Source of the DNA: Eledone cirrhosa
Lineage: Eukaryota
Length of the DNA stretch: 64,000 nt
Reading direction: 5' to 3'
Assembly: GCA_964016885.1 (NCBI GenBank)
Contig: OZ024740.1
Location: 78,306,001-78,370,000, forward strand
The position numbers were made by a program, and so were the translations under genes. A model generated the notes under the pieces. The model worked only from the letters and a program-made list of their open reading frames with translations, did no database searches and was not told where the DNA came from. Below, one piece after another: positions 1-14,684 of the stretch; position 1 is the stretch's first letter, and the number at the start of each line of letters is the position of its first letter.

Positions 1-176
1 CTCGTGGGACTTATCAGAATCGATTAAAGTTTATTATAACAAATTACCGTATTTTGAGCTGATATAAATTTTTTCACCTACACCTTTCCAGTTTTTATAT
101 TATCCACTCTACTACCCAAAGTATCGAGTACTCTGGTGCATTATGGTCCACCTGGTTCCTTACCACACTTCCTTCG

Positions 177-239
<63 letters not shown>

Positions 240-605
240 ACCAGATTAATATGGTTCGTTGATTAATCAACGAATACAGTTTTACAATAGATTAGAAGCA
301 CTCGACAGTAGATTTTCTTGGACTATTTAATATTATTCAAAATGTTAATAAATGAAAAATATTCTCATAATCAAAATATATATTTTATTATACATATTTC
401 AAAGGTACAATGGTGTTTAAGTACGTTTTCATCAGACTGCCAATACTGGAATTGAATAATCAAAACCGTAGCGGTATGTCACATATCAAATCTTATATTT
501 TGTCTGATGAAAACGTACTTAAACACCATTGTACCTTTGAAATATGTATAATAAAATATATATTTTGATTATGAGAGTATTTTTCATTTATTAACATTTT
601 GAATA
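240..605. mobile_element. Fold-back pLTR cassette related to the Naiad element
   Basis: Inverted arms ~335-437 and ~502-605. The tail 240-335 (minus) resembles 16260-16360 and 5320-5420. Confidence 0.8.
494..560 (+). ncRNA. Minimal type-I hammerhead ribozyme (Naiad family); truncated inverted copy at 379-437
   Basis: tatattttgt-CTGATGA-aaacgtac..gtaccttt-GAAA-tatgta-TA-ataaaatata. Confidence 0.8.
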
Positions 606-659
606 TAATATATATAACAGAAAAAAGAGAATCAGTGTTGCGACGAAAGGAATTTATTG

Positions 660-755
660 GACATATTACAAATGTTTCTCGGGCGACCAGCTCGAGGCAC
701 GATCGATATGGTGATCACACCTGACTCTGATATCAACACGGTCATCAGATACGTC
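660..755 (-). ncRNA. Hammerhead ribozyme with ~63-nt stem II domain
   Basis: Minus strand: gacgtat-CTGATGA-(63 nt)-GAAA-catttg-TA-atatgtc, with a 7-bp stem I. Confidence 0.75.
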
Positions 756-1097
756 TCGATTCTACGAAGTAGATTTTCCTATAGTCCTTTAATATCAAAT
801 TTCTTTGTTAGTTGATTTAAATCCTGTTGTTGTCATTCCATGAGTGGTCAAGAAATTGTACACGCCACCGGTATTTCTAGCCACTCATGGTTGCCCACTT
901 CTTGCTTCCTCTCGTGCTCCACCTATCAATCAAAATTTCTTCATGTATCAGAATTACTACTGTGGTGGGAAAGGGGCTGTAATCTTGAACGGCTGGCATC
1001 ACTTCGACGTCCTCAATGCCCCTAGGCGCCTTAGTCTACATCGGTCAGGTACACACCCGCAATTATGCTGTATGCGGCATTCATCATAAATAAATAA

Positions 1098-1287
1098 TTG
1101 TTTCTACTTTTTGGCACAAGGCCAGCAATTACCCAGTGCATTACTGGTACTTTATTTTATCGACCCCGTAAGGATGAAAGGCAAAGTTAACCTCGGCGGG
1201 ATTCGAACTCAGAATAGCAAGGACCGTAACTCTGTGCGTCAAAGCATAGCGTCCGACCCTCTACCGATACTGCCAATCCACCGCCCA
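1098..1287 (-). mobile_element. SINE family 1
   Basis: Full copy flanked by the direct repeat catcataaataaataat. Confidence 0.85.
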
Positions 1288-1744
1288 TCATCATAAATAA
1301 ATAATGTTTTGAGGGAATTTAAAACAAACAAAAAAACATGGGAATATTTAGCGTAACATTAGTAGGACACAGCCTGAGGATACACTCCGCCATACATATT
1401 TCAAAAAGAAAAGGAAAAAGAAAAAGAAAGAACCTGTAGCAAGAACGTTTTTAAAAAGAAAGCTTTCAACAGCCATTCAAACGGAAGGGCTATATCAAGG
1501 TGTTTTCAACAAATAGACCCAATTCTACACTCACACACTGGACTCTTAACTTTTGTGCTTACTCTGGATAGAAATATATCAATTCCTCACTCATTGAGTG
1601 CTTAGTGACTGCCTCTTATAATTCGATAGACATCCGCTATAGTGCAGCTGCAACTTCTGTTATACCCATTATATATATATATATATATATATATAGTGAA
1701 AGAGTGAAAAAGAACATGGTCGGCTGTACAAAAAGGGTTTTATA

Positions 1745-1779
<35 letters not shown>

Positions 1780-1804
1780 GGCAAATATATATATATATTT
1801 ATAT

Positions 1805-2393
1805 ATACACAGTTCAAGAGTAACCAATCTTAAAGAGAGAGATGGAGATAGGAGAGGAGAAGAGAGCTTGGTGAATTAGTTAGAAACCAAAGCGTAAAGG
1901 CATGTGCTCAATGTGCAATATGCAGTGGAAGGCAGCTAGGTGGCTGGGTTCATGCAGAGGTTAGATGCACAGAGCTGGAAATATTCATTAGTTAAGCAAA
2001 ACAAGACCACAAATTTCACAAGGAAGACATTATTAAAAGATTGTCAACATATTTTTAGTTTAATGTAAGGAATGTAAATAATAATAATAATAATAATACT
2101 AATAATGTCCGTTTACAATTGTTTCGCTACTCCATATAATGTTTCTGGATCAAATGATTATAGATCATTATTGATCTGGTTCAGTTGAAGATAATTAACT
2201 TAGGTAAAATTGGAGCAGTTCATCGGAACTTCAAAAGGAATATAAATTAAGGTAAAGAAAGATGGTTACATGAATGTAATGTTCCATATATTGGTATTTC
2301 ACTATGGTGTCCTGGGTATATCTATTGTCTGCCATAGGCGAGCAATATTCTTCTGTCGAGGCTGTATTATGTGAGATCTGCCTATGGGTATCG
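1805..2393 (-). mobile_element. TA-inserted PLE-type terminal cassette, single-arm copy of the 48527-49511 element
   Basis: Colinear high similarity to 48527-49112, with (TA)n on both sides. Confidence 0.8.
2111..2229 (-). ncRNA. Hammerhead variant (CCGAUGA core) with 76-nt insertion in loop II
   Basis: Minus strand: gtt-CCGATGA-actgctcca-(76 nt)-tggagtagc-GAAA-caattg-TA-aac. Confidence 0.7.
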
Positions 2394-2465
<72 letters not shown>

Positions 2466-2667
2466 AGCAATCTCCTTAGGTGTGTCAAAAGGAAAACAGT
2501 GCTCAATCGGAAAACCGGGAAGAGAGCAGAAATATATGATTTATTTATGTTCAAAGACCCAAAATTGTCCATATCTCCAGAATGTAGGAAGGATAAAAAT
2601 TGTGACATATCTTGAGGTGCTTAGGTAGCGTTTTTGTTCCGTGTTTGAAGATAAACAATAATATAAT

Positions 2668-3567
<900 letters not shown>

Positions 3568-3641
3568 ATTTTTCTTTGAATTGATTAGTTACTGCGTTTG
3601 GGATTCTCACATTTTCAAACACACACACACACACACACACG

Positions 3642-3762
<121 letters not shown>

Positions 3763-3921
3763 TTACTCACAATATATATGTATATCAAGTTTAATATAGA
3801 AATGGCTTCTACAGGACTAGAACTGTTTAATTCAAATATTAAACTTGATGTTTACACTCTAGTAATGTATTGAATATCCTACTAACTGTGGTTACACCCG
3901 ATTGAATCCGGATAATTCGGC

Positions 3922-3988
<67 letters not shown>

Positions 3989-3991
<3 letters not shown>

Positions 3992-4520
3992 GTCGAATTA
4001 CCCGCGTCTTGCTGCGTTTCACACATTTCTTTTGTAAGAAAATTATGATTTTTATTGATAATTTTTGTTGTCATAACTTTAGTGATGTTTTACCATGGAT
4101 AAAATGTCTAAATTAGCCAAATTTTACTATAAAAGAGAGGTGCTTTTTTTTTGTTAATTTACGTTTAATTTATAGAAAAACCCAAAAACTCAAGTTATGG
4201 GCTTCCAAAATTTTCACTATAGGGGGTTTAACCCCCATTAGGGTGTCTTAATATTATTAAAATTTGCAGAAATTATGTGAATAAGCATCATATCTTGTCA
4301 TTTACCTATGGTTTAAATTTCATGTAAATTGAAGGGAAAGGATTTTCAGCGGGGATTTGTGCCCACGGGGAACCCTTTGATTAAAATGAAATATACTTAT
4401 CCAAGTATCCTGGGCAATGTAGTTTAAGAATATATATGGTTATGGGGGTCTATCTCCAAAACCATAGGAGGAGTTCGTGAACAAACAAACAAACAGGAAC
4501 TGCAACTTTATATATATAGA
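3989..4520 (-). mobile_element. Non-autonomous Helitron-like element (same family as 61488-62159)
   Basis: The minus strand starts TC, contains (TGTT)n, and ends with a GC-rich hairpin and a degenerate CTAG. Confidence 0.7.
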
Positions 4521-4535
4521 TATATATATATAATA

Positions 4536-4879
4536 AATGAAATCTGAGCTTCTCGAATATCAATAATAATATTCGATTCGTTCGCAATTATGCAAACAAG
4601 CCTCTTTTAAGCCATGTCAGTAGAATGAGCCCCTCATTCTTGCTTTTGTGTTGGCATGTAAACAGAACTGCACTGATGAAGGGTAAACACCCAGAAATAT
4701 CAGTGTCTGCAGTTCTGTTTACATGCCAACACAAGATCAACAATGAGGGGCTCATTCTACTGACATGGCTTAAAAGAGGCTTGTTTGCATAATTGCAAAC
4801 GAATCTAATATTATTATTGATATTCGAAAAACTCAGATTACATTAATTGTATTCAGCCATGTAGAGCGATAACTTTTTG

Positions 4880-4880
<1 letters not shown>
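4536..4880 (+). mobile_element. Fold-back cassette with a hammerhead core at the apex
   Basis: Arms 4536-4672 and 4708-4844. The loop reads CTGATGA-agggtaaacaccca-GAAA-tatcagtg-TC. Confidence 0.8.
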
Positions 4881-4947
<67 letters not shown>

Positions 4948-5043
4948 TCTGCTATGTATTGAGTACCTTACTTGCTGTGGTTACCCATGATTGAACCTGG
5001 GATAAACATATATATATACATTACATATATATATATATATATA

Positions 5044-5424
5044 TTTAAAATATTAATTCAAAATATTAATAAATATAGACATTCATGTAATCAAATATAT
5101 TTTATTATATATATTTCGGAGGTACTGTGCTGTTTCCTCAGTACGTCCTCATCAGATAAAATATATAATGGACTTGAACCATCAGCACAGTTGAGGTATG
5201 TCATACATCAATTTATATATTTTATCTGATGAGGACGTACTGAGGAAACAGCACAGTACCTCCGAAATATATATAATAAAATATAATTGATTACATGAAT
5301 GTCTATATTTATTAATATTTTGAATTAATATTAATAACTCCAGAAAACTTTTACTGTTGAGTGCTTCTAATCTATTGTAAAACTATATTCATTGATTAAT
5401 CAATGAACCTTGTTTAACTTTTGG

Positions 5425-5425
<1 letters not shown>
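5044..5425. mobile_element. Fold-back pLTR cassette related to the Naiad element
   Basis: Inverted arms ~5048-5168 and ~5213-5332, each with a hammerhead, followed by a tail and (TA)n. Confidence 0.85.
5215..5286 (+). ncRNA. Minimal hammerhead (Naiad family); complete inverted copy at 5096-5165
   Basis: tatattttat-CTGATGA-ggacgtactg..cagtacctcc-GAAA-tatata-TA-ataaaatata. Confidence 0.85.
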
Positions 5426-5520
<95 letters not shown>

Positions 5521-5544
5521 AAATGTGTGAGATCCTTGGTACAG

Positions 5545-5755
5545 TATATATTTGAAAAAAAGGAAAAGAATGACTTCACTTGTGTTAAAAAATGTTTGAT
5601 TTAATTTTATAATATTATAATATTATGAGTTGGTAGATCCAGTTTTTTGGAGGGGACGGATCTACCAACTTATAATATTATATTATAAAATTAAATCAAA
5701 AATGTTTTAACACTACAAGTGTAGTCTTTCTTTTCCTTTTTTTCAAATATATATA
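5545..5755. repeat. TA-flanked fold-back (inverted repeat), no hammerhead seen
   Basis: Arms ~5545-5640 and ~5658-5755 with a 17-nt spacer. Confidence 0.8.
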
Positions 5756-5790
5756 TATATTTGTGTGTTTCCCCGTGTCTGTGTTTGTGA

Positions 5791-5995
5791 CTAAATAGTG
5801 AGTCTTGTTACTCTGGAGTTTCGCCTGATTATCAGAAAGTCGTCAGACAGGAACTAATAAACACTCGTCTCTGATGACCCTGTGATAAACAGGCGAAACT
5901 CCAGAATCACAGGACTCACTATTTAGCCTTAATAAAATGATTATTAAACTCTACTTCGGTATTGAGTACTCCTCTCTCTCAGTCATCAACCACAT

Positions 5996-6000
<5 letters not shown>
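5791..6000. mobile_element. Diverged fold-back cassette with two degenerate hammerheads (5803-5852 minus, 5866-5914 plus)
   Basis: Minus: tcctgt-CTGACGA..ggc-GAAA-ctccagag-TA-acaaga. Plus: CTGATGA..ggc-GAAA-ctccagaa-TC. Confidence 0.65.
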
Positions 6001-6044
<44 letters not shown>

Positions 6045-7617
6045 CATATGTGTGTGTGTGTGTGTGTATGTGTGTTTGAAAATGTGAGAATCCCAAACGC
6101 AGGAAATAAGTGTAACAATAGTCGATTGTTAAAGATAATAGGTTTAAAATCGGGTAAAATACCCCCAGGGACGGAAAATATGGCCAGAGGCTCTAAAGGA
6201 GACTCGAACCTCGTATCTTTCGAATACCATGCAAGTTCGTTACCTTTACGTCAAGAGGCGATTTACACACTCTTTCCCGTCTATTGTAGGGTGCTATACT
6301 CTACAGCTTCTGAGGTGAATTAGATATATCTGAAAAGACATAACCAGGGCTGACATGGCTCTATGCTGCCACAATGTATTATTCGCACAATTAGTCACAT
6401 TTTAAACCATCATCCTTGTTAAATCTGGAGTTAGCTTTTCGAGGCCCAATGAAATCTGGTCTGGTCTCTTTCTATCCTCATTGCTGAGGGTCAGGAACCA
6501 TGGACAATTGTACCAATGGTAATCTACATGATGTTGTATGTCCATGATTCTCATCAGGAAAAATTTGACGTCGGTGAGTTCCGAATCCTCACCCAACCGT
6601 TACTCGGAAGCTAGTAACCGAGCCACAGCTGATCTGCTTTCATCACAAGAATGAAGCCATGAGTCACTCGAAAAGTTGTGACCATGGTGACTAATGAGTC
6701 CCATGTAATCCAGTTTTAAAGTGATTCTTCTCCTAGACAGACTGTCAGCCAAGGCTAACAAGCTCTGGCTACCGATTTTTTGTCCCCATTATTGGAATGG
6801 TTGATGACACTCTTGAGATGGGCTTTGTTTTTCATTCTGCAGTTTGTCCAAAATATACACTCCTCACCAAGCAAGTTTAGTAAAGTTTCCGGTTATGTCA
6901 CCGATGACCCGACCATGAAACAGGTTGTACTGGACTACATGTTACCAGTAGCGCTTAAGAGCGACTTTGCCGGTAAAGTCTATAACAACAATATCAGTTT
7001 TTTGCCATTAACATCTACGGTTAACTAACAATTTCCAACACATACCTTTATTCTTCAGATACTTACTAGCTTAGATTTTTCAAGAGAGTTAAATCATATA
7101 ATTAACAATGTTATTTTGTATCATTTGATTTTAAATTACACCCAAACTACAACACGGCCATAGGGTGATAGGGTGTCTTTAGTGGAGTTGACTCTATTGC
7201 AATCCTTCCAGTTAGGTTTAAGGAGACCTCCCTTCCTGTCTCTCAGGGACTCTGAAAAGAGTCATTGTCACTTCTTTCTGACTAAACAATAAAAAATCAT
7301 CACTATAATCCATAATATTCAGGTGTTTAACTCCAGTTTACATCTATTGAACCACCTTATGATCAAAAACATTCCAGCCGTGACTATCCTCTCATAATGT
7401 CAGACAAAGTATATCTATCATTAACTTATCCAATGTGTCCTCTGGCATTTTAAGTCAATAAGTTGTGGTTTAAATGACTGATTGTAATGCAGGTCCAATG
7501 AGAGTCCTAATGTCACACCTAGTGGTGGTGGTGGTGGTGGTGGTGGTGGTGGTGGTGGTGGTGGTGGTGGTGGTGGTGGTAGTAGTAGTGGTGGTGGTGG
7601 TGGTGGTGGTGGTGGTG

Positions 7618-7684
<67 letters not shown>

Positions 7685-8221
7685 ATGTTTAGCACTAGGA
7701 CAGCCTTGATCGCGGAAACGTACAATTAAATATGTTTCAGCCGTCACCATCTTTATATTTAGACATAGTGTAACTAAGAACATTATTCAAAGTCTCTTTT
7801 TTTATATCTTTAAGGTGTGATTTACTAGTTTTGGCTGTTATTTCTAGCGTATTGAAAAATTGTTCAGATCTTCCCCCGTTGATAGAACTTCTTGTCTTTA
7901 TTCTCAGTAAAATGATTTTAGTTGATGCAGCGTGGCTGAAGTGCTAGAAGTTCGCCACACAATCACGATTTTCTGTGTTGTGTCCTACTGCGTGGCATCT
8001 TGGGGGAGTACCACAGCCCCCGGGTCTACCCAGGCCTTGTGAGTGAACTATGGGTCAATTTGTAATTCAGAACCTTGTCATACACTGTATCTAACAGATT
8101 CTACCTGAGAATCACATAAAGGTTCTACGTGTCTGCGGAATACTCACTCATTTACACTTCCAGTGACAGATATGACGTTCCGTTGGCTGAACAACTGGAA
8201 CATCCATCATCCCTGGGTGGC

Positions 8222-8810
8222 ACATGTGGGACATTGGGACAACAGATGTGACAGATGTGATAGAGGTGTGGGACATTGGGACAACAGATGTGACAGATGT
8301 GATAGAGGTGTGGGACATTGGGACAACAGATGTGACTATTGTGATAGAGGTGTGGGACATTGGGACAACAGATGTGACAGATGTGATAGAGGTGTGGGAC
8401 ATTGGGACAACAGATGTGACAGATGTGATAGAGGTGTGGGACATTGGGACAACAGATGTGACTATTGTGATAGAGGTGTGGGACATTGGGACAACAGATG
8501 TGGCAGATGTGATAGAGGTGTGAGACATTGGGACAACAGATGTGATAGAGGTGTGGGACATTGGGACAACAGATGTGATAGATGTGTGGGACATTGGTAC
8601 AACAGATGTGACTATTGTGATAGATGTGTGGGACATTGGAACAACAGATGTGACTATTGTGATAGATGTGTGGGACAACAGATGTGACAGAGGTGTGGCA
8701 TTGAGACAACAGATGTGATAGAGATGTGTGACATTGGGACAACAGATGTGACAGCTGTGATAAAAGGGTATGACATTTGGATAGCAGATGTGATAGATGT
8801 GATAGAGGTG
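8222..8810. repeat. 42-bp minisatellite decaying rightwards
   Basis: Unit gtgtgggacattgggacaacagatgtgacagatgtgatagag. Confidence 0.92.
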
Positions 8811-8890
8811 TGTGTGTGGGGGGGGGGGTAGTATGGCACTAACAAAATAGAGACAAAGCTTAATATATACACATTTACACACATAATATG

Positions 8891-8935
<45 letters not shown>

Positions 8936-8936
8936 G

Positions 8937-9017
<81 letters not shown>

Positions 9018-9029
9018 GTTGTTATTATT

Positions 9030-9950
9030 ATTCCTTTTTTTATTAAGAATTTGATATCTCAGTCATTGATGTTATTTAACCGGAAAATTTTCCCAAATGA
9101 ACATTGAACTGCTACTTGCAGCCTCAGATATTCAAGACGTGTCGGAGGGTCCTTGCTGTTCCCAGTAGGCATGCCTTTTGAAGTGTTCCAAAAATGAGGC
9201 TGGGCTAATATTCTTTAACCAACCTTGAAAACTCCTTGAGATAGTACCTAGTGCTCCTATGATTACGGAGACGACCTCGATCTCATGACAGTCCCAAATC
9301 CTTTTCAGTTCCCACTTTGGATCCTGGTACCGGTTAATTTTCACCTCCTTTTCTTGCACTCTTGTGTCATAAGGGTAAGCTACATCTATTTACCTTGATA
9401 AAAATCACCAAGTCAGGCCTATTGTGTTCTAATTTCTTGTCTGTCTGTATCCTGAAATTCCACAGCACCTTCACCCGATCGTTTTCTATCAGCGACTCTG
9501 GCTTATGTTCTTATCACTTCTCAGAATGAGGTAAATTATTCGGTTTGCATAAATACCAGTGGATCACTTTTCCTATGATATCATGCATCCCATCCATCCT
9601 TTATAATGCGTCTGGGCTAGATGTTTACACTCAGATATGATGTGAGCCAGTTTCCTCTCTCTTTCCACAGATTCTACAGAGCGGGTTAGTTTCTTCTTAT
9701 GATGTTTCATCTACTTGCTCCTGTGCAGCCAGTAGCAGTCGCTCTGTAGCTTTCTTAAGGTCTCCTTTCTTTAACCAGTCTCATGTCTGCGTGTCTCATG
9801 TCTGCGTATCTCTGAATCCTGTTTTCTTCAAAAAGATGTTATGAAGAGCTTTTTCATTCAGGTTGTTCTTCCTCTTTGTCATCACTTCTTTCTTGGGCAT
9901 CCCCTGGTCTATTATCTCCTCCTTCAATACAACCTTAAGCATTGGCTCGT
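9030..9950 (-). mobile_element. R4/Dong-like LINE 3' fragment (RLE domain)
   Basis: RPDLVI, KINRYQD..ELKRIW..VIIGALGTI motifs. The 3' end lies next to an (AAT)n-like run. Confidence 0.75.
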
Positions 9951-10016
<66 letters not shown>

Positions 10017-10245
10017 TTTAAAAAAAAAAGGCTATCATAAAATAGGCATCACACTCCCGGCCTTCTTTGTCTACACGTTGGACAACAGTCCTTTTTCTCT
10101 TTTGTTTTACTATTTCTCTCCTTTCTACATTTTTCTCTTTTGGCTAATCTGTTGCGCACTCTATATTTGTGTAATTTGCCTAAAGGCATAACTTATCTCT
10201 GCTTGTTCTGTCCAAATGTACACATTTGTTGTGTCCAAATATACA

Positions 10246-10295
10246 CTGGATTAAAGGGTATCGAGCTTAATGATCCGAAACACCAGTGTTTCCAG
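10246..10295 (+). ncRNA. Decayed hammerhead (core mutated)
   Basis: ctgga-ttaaagg-gtatc..gatcc-GAAA-caccagtg-TT-tccag. The stems are retained but CUGANGA is lost. Confidence 0.35.
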
Positions 10296-11017
10296 AGGTT
10301 GACTGAGGAGATGGGACTGTTCGTCTTTCCGTTGCTTTTTCCCATTGTCTTTGACTTGTACGGTCCCTATTTTGAATATATATATATATGAGTGTGTGTG
10401 TCTGCCTGTGCATTTGTATGCACACGTGTATGTTTGCGTGCATGGTCTAGTAATACGGATGTTCGGCTCACGATCTTAAGGTCATGGGTTCGATTCTCGG
10501 CGGTGCGTTGTGTGCCTAAGCAAGAAATTTTCTTTAATGTTGCTTCTGTCGACTCAGCTGGTAAAAATGAGTTGTACATGTTGTAATTGAAAGGGTCGGT
10601 CTGATCATATACTGTAACACGCTAAATATCCCTGAATATTTCATTGAGAGTACATGTTTATGGAATACTCAGCCACTATATTAATTTCACGAGCAGGCAG
10701 TTCTCTTGTTTAAACATCTGGAACACTGGGCGTCGGAACCGACGGAGTTCCAACAACAACAGCAATACATCAGCAAACATATATACCGCCATTTTACATT
10801 AGTTATTCATTACTTACATTAAAGGAATGGGAGGGTTTTGCGAAGTCTGATGTATTACAATTCTAATTAGAGTATTTTTACATGTTCTGTCTCTTCCTAC
10901 TGCTAACCACTCAACCAGAAACTAGGAACGGCCTTCGTTTGCTTCAAAGTAAAATTAGGTAACAAGTGTAATATAGGGATACCTCGCTACTATTTGTAGC
11001 CTTACTAATGTCAATTA

Positions 11018-11093
<76 letters not shown>

Positions 11094-11098
11094 GTATA

Positions 11099-11134
<36 letters not shown>

Positions 11135-11175
11135 TACATATCAATATATATACGTATATATAAATATATATATAC

Positions 11176-11243
<68 letters not shown>

Positions 11244-11305
11244 GTATATATACATTTATATATATATATACGTATATATATATTTATATATACGTATATA
11301 TATTG

Positions 11306-11392
<87 letters not shown>

Positions 11393-11421
11393 CATATCAA
11401 TATATATACGTATATGTATAC

Positions 11422-11471
<50 letters not shown>

Positions 11472-11507
11472 GTATATATAAATATATATACGTATAAATA
11501 TATATAC

Positions 11508-11565
<58 letters not shown>

Positions 11566-11749
11566 GTATATATATTTATACGTATATATATATTTATATA
11601 TACGTATATATATTGATATAATAAATATATATATACATATACATATACATATATGTATATATATATATATATATGTGTGTGTATATATATACATATATAT
11701 ACATATACATAAATATATACACACACACACACACATACACACACACACA

Positions 11750-11823
<74 letters not shown>

Positions 11824-11940
11824 TTGTTTAATTTCCAACAAATTAAATATCCCTTCTACTTATATATATATGTGTGTGTGTGTGCGTGCGTGTGTGTGCG
11901 CGCGCGCGCGCGCGCGTCTGTCTGTGTGTGTGTGTGTATA
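11018..11940. repeat. Long compound (TA)n/(CA)n tract, one of dozens in the window
   Basis: Direct inspection. Other long tracts lie at 12278-12552, 34365-34650 and 49508-49895. Confidence 0.95.
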
Positions 11941-12049
11941 TTTATGTAAGTTGGTGCATCCGTGAGATCAGTATTGACCAATCAGAAGAATCTGCTCTGT
12001 TCGCTATCTTCTCATATTTACTTTCATAATATGTTTTCCATCTAAAATG

Positions 12050-12101
12050 GCTGACTGATGAAACTGGTACCCCATCCCACATGGAAATTTTACATTTCAG
12101 C
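12050..12101 (+). ncRNA. Decayed hammerhead
   Basis: gctga-CTGATGA-(weak stem II)-GAAA-ttttaca-TT-tcagc. Confidence 0.45.
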
Positions 12102-12162
12102 TGACTCAATGAAATTTCCTCCGATACTCAGTATTCTTTGTCATGTTTGTCACTACAAAATT

Positions 12163-12240
<78 letters not shown>

Positions 12241-12275
12241 AATTTTGTAGTGACAAACATGACAAAGAATACTGA

Positions 12276-12555
<280 letters not shown>

Positions 12556-12745
12556 GGGCGGTGGATTGGCAGTATCGGTAGAGGGTCGGACGCCATGCTT
12601 TCCATCATAATTACGTCCCTTTATGATCTGACTTCAAATCCCGCCGAGGTTAACTTTGCCTTTCATCCTTATGGGGTCGATAAAATAAGGTACCAGTAAT
12701 GCACTGGGATAATTGCTGGCCTTGTGCCTAAAGTAGAAACAATTA
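12556..12745 (+). mobile_element. SINE family 1
   Basis: Full copy matching 32141-32325. Confidence 0.85.
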
Positions 12746-12747
12746 TT

Positions 12748-12780
<33 letters not shown>

Positions 12781-12940
12781 TATATTAGAATATAAATATT
12801 AATAAAATAGATGTTCTTTTTTATCAATTACATTTTATTATACATATTTCGGATGTACAACAGTACGTCCTCATCAGACAAAATATAATGATATATGACA
12901 TACCCTGAGATGTTAAATGGTTAAGATTTAATCAAGGTAG

Positions 12941-14563
12941 ATAAAATATTACCCACTCTTAAATTGAGATCTAAGTTGAGCTTATGGAAAGATACAAATG
13001 AAGTCATAGAATGGTACAAAAATATAGAAGATAAGAAAAATCATAAATTCATCCAGATGGACATTACTAGCTACTATTCTTCCATAACACCTAACCTTCT
13101 AAATAAGGCTGTTTCATATGCTTATAAACATACTGATATAACCACGGATGAAATAGATATAATACTAACAGCCAGAAGAACTCTTATTAACTTCAACAAT
13201 GAATATTGGACCCGCTCAGATAGAGATAAAAACTTTGATATCACTATGGGGCATCCGATTCCGCGCAAATCACAGATCTTCTGGGAATTTTCATATTAAA
13301 TATGATAAGTAGAAAACTGCCGGTGATTACTGGTGGTTTATATAGGGACGACATTTTATTTACGGTGGTCAAACACAACAATATAGAACTAAATAGAGTA
13401 AAGAAAAGTATAATAGAATTCTTTAAAATGTACAACCTTAAATTAGAAGTAGAAAATGGTACCAAAATAGTTAATTTCCTAGACGTTACCTTTAACTTAA
13501 ACACTGGCTTCTATTACCCTTTTCATAAGCCCAACGAAAACTTAAACTATGTTAGTAACCTTTCCAATCACCCTAAATCTGTAAAAAAAAGCTATAGTAA
13601 ATAGTGTGCAAAAACGAATTAATAAAATATCAGCCAATAAACATATATTTGAGGAAAATGCTGAATACTATAACAACGCGTTAAAAAGAGCAGGATATAT
13701 GAATAATATAGAATATGTAGATAATAATAATCCAACTATTAATCTTAATAAAAATAATAACATATATAAGAGAAACTATATTAATTATAATTCAAACACC
13801 CATACGTCAAATAAATCGAGGATAAGAACTAGAACTAAATCAGTCATATGGTTTGCCACCTCCCCCTGCTTCCGTCGCAGCTAAAACACCAATCGCAAAA
13901 TTATTCTTTAAAGCTCTTGACACTTCTTTCCCTACTCAACATAAATATCATTCCATTTTTAATAGACATGCCATTAAATTCTCATATTCTACAACCAGTA
14001 ACATGGCCCAAAACATCGCCAAATTAAACACTAAAATCCTAAAACAAAACCAGCATAATGATATTAATAATAGAGTTAACATAAATGATACTAAACCTAA
14101 ATGTAATTGTAGAAATAAAACTGATTGCTTTTTGCAAAATAATTGTTTAGATAGTAATTTGGTTTATAAATGCACCGTAAAAACTGATCACAATATTTAC
14201 AACTACATAGGATCCACTTCTTCCACTTTTAAAGCCAGATTTGCGAACCATAAATGCTCATTCTCGAACTCAAAGAGGAAATCATGCACGTCTTTATCAC
14301 AGCTCATATGGTCATTAAAAGAGAAGAATTTAAAATATTCCATTCTTTGGACAAAACTTCGGAACTGTGGAGTTTACCACAACTCTAGCATATCAAATAA
14401 CTGCGCACTCTGTACAATGGAGACCCTGTTGATTATTAATAACTACGAGACCCTAATTAACAAAAAAAGTGAATTTTTCTCTAGTTGCCTCCACAAAGCT
14501 ACGTCCACATTCTTAGCCTCCCACAAAACGAGAAAAAAAGAGAGAGAAACATTAAACCATTAA
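12941..14563 (+). pseudogene. Naiad-type PLE reverse transcriptase + GIY-YIG endonuclease, frameshifted
   Basis: ORF pieces 12964-13299, 13302-13604, 13606-13884 and 13853-14563 give FIQMDITSYYSSI, DITMG, GLYRDD, NFLDVTF, the linker CNCRNKTDCFLQNNC (CxCx5Cx5C), LVY..YIG..R..NH and a C-terminal CxxC..E..N..C.H. Confidence 0.9.
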
Positions 14564-14684
14564 AAACTTGGTTGTCAGACGTATAAAATCAACAGGAAAA
14601 CCTTTAGTGGCCTTTAATATTGCACTATCTTATAACTATCAATAGAAGAAATAACGCTCGAATGAAAGACACTTGTTCAATAAC

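Noticed and set aside
6188-6260. tRNA gene candidate (minus strand)
   Set aside because: A T-loop is present but the cloverleaf is imperfect; more likely a SINE-like head.
8148-8957. Repetitive ORFs on both strands
   Set aside because: Translation of a 42-bp minisatellite; no domain evidence.
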